A DNA stretch of 11,839 nucleotides from Octopus sinensis (taxonomy: Eukaryota), in assembly GCF_006345805.1 (NCBI RefSeq), contig NW_021826875.1:1-11839 (forward strand), written 5' to 3'. Each line of letters starts with the position of its first letter. Positions within the stretch are counted from its first letter, which is position 1. The position numbers and the translations under genes are program-made. The notes beneath the pieces were generated by a model. It did no database searches, was not told the origin of the DNA, and saw only the letters and a program-made list of their open reading frames with translations. Shown here one piece after another: positions 1 through 7,235 of the stretch.

Positions 1-45
1 TTTTCCATAATCTTAAACAGAAAGTGGTGTACAAATGCACATTCA

Positions 46-64
46 TACACACACACACACACAC
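46..64. repeat. (CA)n microsatellite
   Basis: Run of CA dinucleotides seen directly. Confidence 0.95.
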
Positions 65-121
65 CTCAGCAACACATGCCGGATGGCACCAATTTGGTCA
101 GAAACAGAAACAGGTACTCAC

Positions 122-150
122 ATCTCCAAATGTCTGGAGGGAGGTGCATC
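122..150 (-). CDS. Candidate 29-nt micro-exon of an unidentified minus-strand gene
   Basis: Minus strand reads tttctttttcCAG|GATGCACCTCCCTCCAGACATTTGGAGAT|GTGAGT: pyrimidine tract plus CAG acceptor (153-151) and GTGAGT donor (121-116). All three frames are open (DAPPSRHLE / MHLPPDIWR / CTSLQTFGD). Confidence 0.45.
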
Positions 151-161
151 CTGGAAAAAGA

Positions 162-168
162 AATAATG

Positions 169-203
<35 letters not shown>

Positions 204-594
204 TATAATAATAATAATAATGATATAATAATAATAATAATGATATTAATAATAATAATAATAATGATGATGAGATGATGATGATGATATAATAATAATT
301 ATAATAATAATATAATGATAAAATGATAAAATAATCTAATATAATAATAATAATATAATAATAATAATGATAATAATAATATATAATAATGATAAAATAG
401 TAATAAATAATATAATAATAATAATAATAATAATAATATAATATGATTATGATGATAATAATAATAATATAATAATAATAATGATGATGATGATGATAAT
501 AATAATAATTATAATAATAATAATAATGTTGATGTGATGATGGTGATGATCCCTAAAGAATAATAGGATGATGATGATGATGATGATGATGGTG
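162..594. repeat. Compound (TAA)n/(GAT)n microsatellite
   Basis: Degenerate AAT triplets interspersed with GAT tracts; source of the poly-N and poly-I ORF artefacts. Confidence 0.97.
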
Positions 595-813
595 ATGATC
601 CCTAAAGATCTGAACAGAAGGATAGAGGAAATAGGCATAAAACCCAGTTTCGTACAGCTGCAGAAAACAGGGACAGCTAGGATACTTAGGAGGGTTCTTG
701 GCATCTAAGGTTACTTGTTGTAATACTTTAGGGGGGTTCTTGGCATTTCAGGCAACTTGTTGGAGCACGATGTTAGGATTCTTTTCTTTTCCAACAGTCT
801 AAGCTGTTGAGTG
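595..813 (+). mobile_element. 5'-truncated 3' end of an R4/Dong-like non-LTR retrotransposon
   Basis: 595-708 translates to MIPKDLNRRIEEIGIKPSFVQLQKTGTARILRRVLGI*, matching the QK..LLGTARILRxVL C-terminal motif of R4/Dong-clade ORFs with a short in-frame deletion. A short 3' UTR follows and runs into (TAA)n, the known target of Dong elements. Confidence 0.75.
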
Positions 814-856
814 TATTATTATAATAATAATAATAATAATAATTAATAATATTAAT

Positions 857-894
<38 letters not shown>

Positions 895-959
895 TAATAA
901 TAAATAATAATAATAATAAATAATGAATAATAATAATAAATAATAAATAATAATATATA

Positions 960-996
<37 letters not shown>

Positions 997-1027
997 TAAT
1001 ATAATAATAATACATAATAATAATAAA
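814..1027. repeat. (TAA)n microsatellite (tail/target of the preceding LINE)
   Basis: Degenerate AAT triplet array seen directly. Confidence 0.97.
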
Positions 1028-1028
1028 T

Positions 1029-1587
1029 GCCCTGATGCAGTACCAGGCAGTGGCTCTCATGGCTTCTGATCTTAACTGATTGGAAGTGTTATCATGTACA
1101 TTGTTTTGTCTTGGTATAAAAGATGGGCTACAGCAAATATTCTGCTCAATACCACAGATTTGCTTGTCAGTTGTTTGACCTTAATCAGTTGAGCATGTCC
1201 CTTAGTGGCTGACGATATGTGCATCTCTGATCATGAGCAGAAGTACTGGGGGGGGGTGTATTATAGCCATGTGTTGAGAGGGATTCTTTGGGGTTTGAAT
1301 AATTCACCTGTGGAAACATGGGTATTTTGCTCATCATCTTTGAAACAAACCTTATTCAGGGACCTTTTGAGCAGGATGGGCTACTCAACCAGAAGAAAAT
1401 TCTAACTGGGCCCCACCTGCAAGGTCATGTGCTGTTTATCTTGATATGAGATCACCATGTCGCGCACATATGGTTGTGATGCATGTGCCTGATGTACCCT
1501 TATCAGGCGGGTAGTCATGATGGGTATACTGGGCTATGTATATTTTACCCCAGTGTCACTTTGATGGCTTGCACTGCTCTCTAAATC
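1029..1587 (+). mobile_element. Probable dispersed repeat (non-coding retroposon segment) between two triplet microsatellites
   Basis: A ~560-bp balanced-composition island with sharp borders against (TAA)n and (AGT)n. It resembles a repeat I recall from octopus DNA that usually ends ...gcactgctctct + triplet tail. No recognisable protein. Confidence 0.4.

Positions 1588-1635
<48 letters not shown>
1588..1635. repeat. (AGT)16 microsatellite, decaying into GTG triplets to ~1662
   Basis: Perfect AGT run seen directly. Confidence 0.97.
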
Positions 1636-1637
<2 letters not shown>

Positions 1638-2007
1638 CAGTAGTGGTGGCGGTGGTGGTGGTAATTGCTTCTCGTGTGTTTTAGAGTTACATGAAATGAA
1701 GTGTGTTGTTCCCTGGCAAATGACAGAGCCGCTGACACAGACAGATATTTATAAATAGACAAACAAGGAAGTGAAAATGAAATTTGAAGGGAAAAGAAAA
1801 GCAACAACAGTGAAATGATTGAAAAGAATATTTGAAGAGAGGGAGGGAGAGAGAGGGAGGGAGAGAGAGAGGGGGAGGTAAAGAATAAGGCAGAGCAGAG
1901 AAAAAGCAAAACCAAAAAAGTAACAGAAATGAAATGGGAAGCTGAATGAAGAGTCGGAATTTCCAAGCCTGCCATCACAACAATACAAACGAGATATAAA
2001 GCTGATA

Positions 2008-2073
2008 GGTGCAGGTGTGGCTGTGTGGTAAAAAGCTTACTTCCCAACCACAAGGTACCAGGTTCAGTCCCAC
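2008..2073 (+). mobile_element. tRNA-derived SINE, 5' head only (family A)
   Basis: ggtgcaggtgtggctgtgtggtaaaaagctt...ggttcagtccca, with A-box-like TGGCTGTGTGG and B-box-like GGTTCAGTCC; homologous to 7236-7300. Confidence 0.8.
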
Positions 2074-2329
2074 ATATATATATATGCACACCACCACACA
2101 TGTTCCCCTCCCCCTCATCTCTCTTCTCTCCCCACAACCCCCACTCTACCCCAACCCCCAGCCGAACTCACACCCCACATGGGCTTTCCCCACCTCCCAC
2201 CACACTACACTACACCATACGACATTGCACATCACATCATACATACATACACACGTCCAGACCTTTCATACGCACATACATACTCTCTTATACACACACG
2301 CACCCTTATGTTGGGGTGAGGTCACTTGA

Positions 2330-2597
2330 CCCTGTTATCTCCCCTCATATCCCTCTAGCGTCTAACGTCTGATCTCTGACTTTTGACCGAAATCAGAACG
2401 CCATGTTGAATCGTTAGCTCCTACACGCATTTTTTTTCTCTCCTTGTTTCTTTTCTGTGTATCTTTCTGTCGAAGAGCGTAGGCTCGAAACGTAAAAGAC
2501 TTTTTCTATTTCTATTCCTGAGCACCATACTAATACATTTGTTTGTTTGTACTCCACCTGCCTTCGTCTTTTGTTTATTTTCGTAAACCTTCCCGTT
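2330..2597 (+). mobile_element. Penelope-like element (pseudo-LTR) fragment ending in (TA)n
   Basis: Contains a minimal hammerhead-like motif (2462-2499), a known hallmark of Penelope pLTRs. 2479-2597 is homologous to the inverted copy at 4378-4490, and both abut (TA)n. The 5' boundary is uncertain; the C-rich 2095-2330 may belong to it. Confidence 0.55.
2462..2499 (+). ncRNA. Minimal type I hammerhead ribozyme-like motif with variant core
   Basis: Stem I TCTTT (2462-2466)/AAAGA (2495-2499); core CTGTCGA+A (2467-2474); stem II GAGC-GTAG-GCTC (2475-2486); GAAA (2487-2490); palindromic ACGT stem III; putative GUA cleavage triplet ending at 2494. Confidence 0.6.
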
Positions 2598-2613
2598 ATA
2601 TATATATGTATAT

Positions 2614-2645
<32 letters not shown>

Positions 2646-2714
2646 AATACATATGTAATATATATATATAATATATATATATAAATACATATATATATAC
2701 ACACACACATATAA

Positions 2715-2747
<33 letters not shown>

Positions 2748-2792
2748 AATATATATATCTATACACATATAAATACATATATTTATATATAT
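2597..2792. repeat. (TA)n/(CA)n compound microsatellite
   Basis: Seen directly. Confidence 0.95.
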
Positions 2793-2798
2793 GTCTAT

Positions 2799-2846
2799 GG
2801 CACCTTTGGTAGGTGTCTTCTACTACAGCCTCAGGTCAACCAAAGC
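2799..2846 (+). mobile_element. SINE family A, internal fragment
   Basis: ggcacctttggtaggtgtcttctactacagcctcaggtcaaccaaagc is homologous to 7307-7352 and to the reverse complement of 2915-2961. Confidence 0.75.
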
Positions 2847-2872
2847 ACACATGCATGCATACACACACATAT

Positions 2873-3029
2873 ACGACGGGCTTCTTTCAGTTTCCAATCT
2901 AATGCACTCAGAAGACTCTGGTCGGCCCAAGGCCATAGTAGAAGTCACCTAGCGAAGGTGCTGCGCCATGGGTTTGAACCTAGAACTACATGGTTGGGGA
3001 GCAAAGTTCTCACCACACGGCTACGCCTG
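2873..3029 (-). mobile_element. SINE family A, 5' half
   Basis: Reverse complement gives the tRNA-like head (caggcgtagccgtgtggtgagaac...ggttcaaaccc), then the cttctactatggcc...gaaactgaaagaagcccgtcgta body. Confidence 0.85.
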
Positions 3030-3280
3030 GATATATATATCTATACACACACACTGACGAGAAATACAAGTTGACCTACTTTCAGCAGACTATGAAATTT
3101 CACATGACAGGCACACAATGTACATATATACACCACACATATACACACACATATATATATATACACCACACATATACACATAAGCAGGGTGTGGGGGTAG
3201 TAATGACAATTCAGCTGGACTTTTTCCTCCTCTTCCTCCTACTCTCCATATATTCATACATAAACACAAATACATACATG

Positions 3281-3323
<43 letters not shown>

Positions 3324-3460
3324 GCACACTATATATACACAACACACACACACTTATACACATATACATACACATTTATGTACACATGCACACACATATC
3401 CATGATTCTATATACATACATGTATACATGTGCATATATATATATATGTATACACACACA
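3030..3460. repeat. Degenerate (TA)/(CA)/(TACA) low-complexity region
   Basis: Several TA and CA tracts separated by short unique spacers. Confidence 0.85.
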
Positions 3461-3539
3461 CTGTTGAGATTCAGATATATCCTTATATGCAGAGGCACAC
3501 ATGCCTTTCACCTCCAGGTATATAGACAGAAGCCAGAAG

Positions 3540-3603
3540 GGATGTTTGGTTAAGAAGTTTGTGTGATTTGGGGTTCAAGTCCCGCTGTGAGGCATTCTGG
3601 CAT
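3540..3603 (+). mobile_element. Degenerate SINE head fragment
   Basis: gtttggttaagaagttt...ggggttcaagtcccgctg..ggcattctggca resembles the family A head (B-box-like GGTTCAAGTCC) with an internal deletion. Confidence 0.4.
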
Positions 3604-3900
3604 AAATTTCACAGATATATCATTACGAAACAGCTGTTTTATCAGCAATAACTATAACAATTCTAAAATTATATAATTAAGATAAATCTATATTAATAAA
3701 AGTGAAAATTCTGTCCGTCTGGGACCCCTATATCTTGGTCTATATTTGCTCTATATAGACATTTTATACCCTTTTTTTCAAGCTCTCGTTAGTTTGGGGC
3801 TGCAGGTCCAATTAGCCCTCTGCAGGAGCTAGTTTAAAAGTCCACATGGAGATCAGCTTTTAACCTAGTAATTAATATAAACGAATTTAAATTGAGTTTT

Positions 3901-4117
3901 ATCCTTCGTTATTGAGTTAAACACCTTCCATCCTGCACCACCACCCCATAATCTTTGAGATTTCAGCTTCCATGTCTCAGCCCCTAGTCACTGTGTGCCC
4001 TAAGTGTACTCCTTTTACCCCCTCAATTTCATCACTTCCCACCTCTATTGACCTTTTTAGTACATCTTCCAACTGCATATATTTTGTCTTCATAGAGCTC
4101 ATTTTAAGGCCTAACTG
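3901..4117 (-). mobile_element. Decayed RTE-clade LINE reverse-transcriptase fragment
   Basis: Minus strand translates QLGLKMSSMKTKYMQLEDVLKRSIEVGSDEIEGVKGVHLGHTVTRG*DMEAEISKI, then (frameshift) GWKVFNSITKD. This matches the RTE GLKxNxxKTKYM...YxYLG...EIxRRIxxGW RT C-terminal region. Homology may extend to ~4350. Confidence 0.7.
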
Positions 4118-4354
4118 CTATATATTGGATCGTCCCATAAAGAATGGGGTTTCTTTATACATTTTTACTTTTCAAAATTGAGGCAAAGTTCTTTTTTAAT
4201 CTGAAATATTCTCTCCTTCATTTTCTACAAAGCTCTTCTGTCTATCTGGTAGACTTGCAAGGCCCCTCTTTCAAGGTTCATTTGTCCCTGATGAAAAATA
4301 CTCTTCCAGTACGGTTCTGCCCTTGTCTACAGAATTCATATCTTTTCCATGCAA

Positions 4355-4377
4355 ATATATATATATATATATATATA
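4355..4377. repeat. (TA)n microsatellite
   Basis: Seen directly; abuts the 3' end of the minus-strand Penelope-like fragment. Confidence 0.95.
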
Positions 4378-4490
4378 TACACGGAGAATTCACAAAATAA
4401 AAAAAGATGAAGACAGGTGGTGTAGACAACAAATAGATGTATTAGTATAATGCTCGGGAAGTGAAAAAGTCTTTAACGTTTCGAGCCTAC
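4378..4490 (-). mobile_element. Second, truncated copy of the Penelope-like fragment (3' half of the hammerhead motif)
   Basis: Reverse complement gtaggctcgaaacgttaaagactttttcacttcccgagcattatactaatacatctatttgttgtctacaccacctgtcttcatc... aligns with 2479-2597. Confidence 0.8.
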
Positions 4491-4731
4491 CACAGTGACT
4501 TAAAGGAATAGCCATTTTATGGACAGTCACAATTAACTTAATATTTTGGAAAATGAAAACTGCTTAAATAATTCCTGGGGATTTCTTCCTAAGCAAAAAT
4601 TTATCCAGGAATCCATTCTCGAGCTCTAAACAGATACATTTTTAAGTGGTTTCAAATTCTGATGATTTTTAAGTCATAAGTCAAAGCAAGAACAAATACA
4701 AGACTTGACGTTATGGTCCCTATTAATGATC

Positions 4732-5405
4732 ACATCATCATCATTTAGGGTCTGCTTTCCATGCTGGCATGGGCTGGACGGTATGAATGAAAACTGATAA
4801 GCTGGGGAGCTGCACCAGGTTCCATTCTAATTTGGTAAGGGCTCTACAGAGGGATGCCCTTCCTGATGCCAGCCACTCCAAGAGTGTAATGGGTGCTTTT
4901 CCATGCCACAGGTGCCAGTTATGTAACACTGGCATCATCCATGACTACGATCTCAATTGGCCCGACAGGTTTTCACAAGCACGGTGTATCACCCAAGGTC
5001 TCAGTCACCTGTCACTGCCTCAGTGGGGTCCAATGCGTAAGCAGTGCCTTTTACGTGCCACCAGCACTGGAGCCAGTCAGATGGCACTGGCATCAGCCAC
5101 AACTACGATCTCACTTGGCTTGACAGATCTTCACAAGCACGGTGTATTGGCAAAGGTCTCGGTCCCATCACTGCCTCCGTGAGGCCCAATGCTCGAATGG
5201 TGCAGACGGTACTGTCATCAGCCAACAACTACAATCTCCCGTGGCTTGAAAGGCCGTCCCAAGCACAGCGCATTTTGCTTTTTACATGTCAGTTACGTGA
5301 CACTGCTATCAGCCACAACTATGAGCTCACTTGGCTTCACAGGTCTTCTCAAGCATGCCATATAGCCAAGGGCCTCAGTCACTTGTCATTGCCTCTGTGA
5401 GGCCC
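4732..5405 (-). mobile_element. RTE-clade LINE 3' end: (GAT)n tail, 3' UTR and tandem copies of the ORF2 terminus
   Basis: Starts with (CAT)n on the plus strand. 4740-4900 is homologous to 6095-6260. Internal repeats are homologous to the ORF end at 6551-6633; e.g. 5107-5195 minus gives RALGLTEAVM/DRDLCQYTVLVKICQAK*. Confidence 0.85.
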
Positions 5406-5621
5406 GCAAGCCCAACAAATCTTTTAAATAAACATCACAAGTTATATTACACTTTGGGGTTGAACTTCATATGAAACCAGATGCGTTATGAGCTTTACAC
5501 TGTTCTATCTTTACTAACGACTCTGTGAGATTAAGATTATCCTAATTGCTTTAATAATATGTAAAAGGAGACCAGTCTGTTTGATAAGCATTGCATGAAC
5601 TCACTTGAGGCTGCTAATTAG

Positions 5622-6087
5622 TTGTTTCAGTCATTTGACTGTGGCCATGCTGGAGCACCACCTCGAAGGGGTTTTAGTTGAGCAAATTGACCCCAGGACT
5701 TATTCTTTGTAAGCCTAATATACTTATTCTATCATTCTCTTTTGCCAAACTGCTAAGTTAGAGGGATGTAAACACCAGGGCTGTGGAGTCGGAGTCAGTA
5801 AAACTATACTGACTCCAATCCTGATTCACAATGTCTTTATTCCTTAATATAAACCAGTTGTAACCTATAGGCCGACTCAAAGTACAAGCGTATGCATGTG
5901 CTTTATGAGATGTGTAGACCACAATCACTTGATTACATAAAGAAGAGTCAGAGTCAGAGGTACCAATAGTAGAGGAGTCGGAATCGAAGGTTTTTGTTTT
6001 GATTCCACAGCCCTGATGCAAACACACCAACACCGGTTGCCAAGCGGTAGTTGGGGGTGGGGACAAACTCAGACATGCACAAATATA
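5622..6087 (-). mobile_element. SINE family A, 3' half, interrupted by a MITE at 5776-6015
   Basis: ttgtttcagtcatttgactgtggccatgctggagcac...gacttattctttgtaagcc...ctaagtta..gatgtaaacac[MITE]accaacaccggttgccaagc...ggacaaactcagaca. Homologous to 8315-8500 and to the reverse complement of 7366-7499. Confidence 0.85.
5776..6015. mobile_element. 240-bp MITE with CAGGG TIRs (hAT-like termini)
   Basis: TIRs CAGGGCTGTGGAGTC (5776-5790) and GATTCCACAGCCCTG (6001-6015) match 14/15. Flanking direct repeats ATGTAAACAC (5766-5775) and ATGCAAACAC (6016-6025). Repeated GAGTC/GACTC subterminal motifs. The SINE sequence resumes on the other side. Confidence 0.9.
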
Positions 6088-6985
6088 TCATCATCATCGT
6101 TTAATGTTCGCTTTCCATGCTGGCATGGGTTGGACGGTTTGACTGAGGTCTGGAGAGCCAGAAGGCTGCACCAGGCTCCATTCTAGTCTGGCAGGGTTTC
6201 TACAGCTGGATGCCCTTCCTAATGCCAACCACTCTGAGAGTGTAGTGGATGCTTTTTACATGCCACCGGCACAGGAGCCAGTCAGGCAGGCCTGGCACCA
6301 AAAACATCCAGATAGTGCTTTTTATGTGCCACCAACATGGGAGCCAGTCAGGGAACACTGGCATTGGCCACATTCGGGTGGTACTTTTTACGTTCCACAA
6401 GAACGGGAGCCAGTCAGGGAACACTGGCCACAGCTGCAATTTTGGTTTTACTTGACTCAACAGGTCTTTTCAAGCATATCGTATCACCTGACACATCAGG
6501 GGTACTCTTAAATGGGCCAGACATGCAACACTGGCATCGGCCATGGCTGCGATCTCACTTTAGTTGCTGGGTCTTCTTAATCACAGCATATCTCCAAAGG
6601 CCTCGGCCTCCTGTCACTGCCTCTGTGAGCCCCAAAACTCAAAGGTCATCCTTCAGCACCTCATCCCATGTCTTCCTGGGTCTATTCTTCCACAGGTTCC
6701 TTCCACAGTTAGGGTGTGGCACTTCCTCACACAGCTGTCCTCATCCATACGTAGCACATGACCACACCAGTGCAGTCATCTCTCTTGCTCACCACATTTG
6801 ATGCTTCTTATGTCCAACTTTTCTCTCAGGGTTCCCACACTCTGTCATGTAGACACACTGACATTACACATCCAGCGGATCATACTAGCTTCATTTCTTT
6901 CAAGCCTACGCATGTCCTCAGCAGCCATGGCCCATGTTTCATTGCCATGTAGCATGGCAGTTCGCACACATGCATCATACAGTTT
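6088..6985 (-). mobile_element. 5'-truncated RTE-clade LINE: ORF2 C-terminus, 3' UTR and (GAT)n tail
   Basis: 6985-6555 minus translates KLYDACVRTAMLHGNETWAMAAEDMRRLERNEASMIRWMCNVSVST*QSVGTLREKLDIRSIKCGEQER*LHWCGHVLRMDEDSCVRKCHTLTVEGTCGR, then (frameshift) RPRKTWDEVLKDDL*VLGLTEAVTGGRGLWRYAVIKKTQQLK*. These are classic RTE post-RT motifs (LYGxETW, LxWxGHVxRM, GRPRKTW) with three internal stops. Confidence 0.93.
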
Positions 6986-7105
6986 AGTTCACAGGTTATC
7001 TAAACGATTAGGTACGCCAGGTAAGTGCTGTAATAGATTACTAGGGCTCCAAGGTTATGGCTGAGACAGTAGTTAGGGAGCCATTGCAGATTTCTGATAT
7101 AGCGG

Positions 7106-7190
7106 ATATACACGACAGGCTTCTTTCAGTTTCCATCTACCAAATCCACTCACAAGGCTTTGGTCAGCTCGAGGCTATAGTAGAAGACAC
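7106..7190 (-). mobile_element. SINE family A, middle fragment
   Basis: cacgacaggcttctttcagtttccatctaccaaatccactcacaaggctttggtcagctcgaggctatagtagaagacac is homologous to 8510-8584. Confidence 0.85.
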
Positions 7191-7235
7191 AGTTAGGATT
7201 CTTGAAAGAGGTTTCCTGTATATACACATACATTT

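Noticed and set aside
24-1060. ORFs with poly-Asn/Ile/Leu/Tyr (24-278, 447-704, 773-1060)
   Set aside because: They are translations of (TAA)n/(GAT)n microsatellites with no protein-like content.
1029-1120. HDV-like ribozyme at the start of the 1029-1587 island
   Set aside because: No P1 partner for GCCCTGA was found within a plausible distance.
1586-2372. ORFs 1586-2137, 1749-1988, 2009-2329 and 2025-2372
   Set aside because: They cross microsatellite, purine-rich tract, SINE head and C-rich sequence; low-complexity products with no domain.
2414-3553. Tyr/Ile/His/Thr-rich ORFs
   Set aside because: Translations of (TA)/(CA) repeats.
3054-4300. CTGACGA (~3054) and CTGATGA (~4288) as hammerhead cores
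   Set aside because: No stem II, GAAA and stem I arrangement follows either motif.
4893-6440. Spaced repeats as a CRISPR-like array
   Set aside because: Units are long, degenerate and homologous to the LINE ORF end, with no unique spacers and no cas genes; the context is eukaryotic.
4741-7064. Overlapping plus-strand ORFs of 65-154 aa
   Set aside because: They are antisense to the RTE ORF2/UTR; the recognisable RTE protein motifs are on the minus strand.
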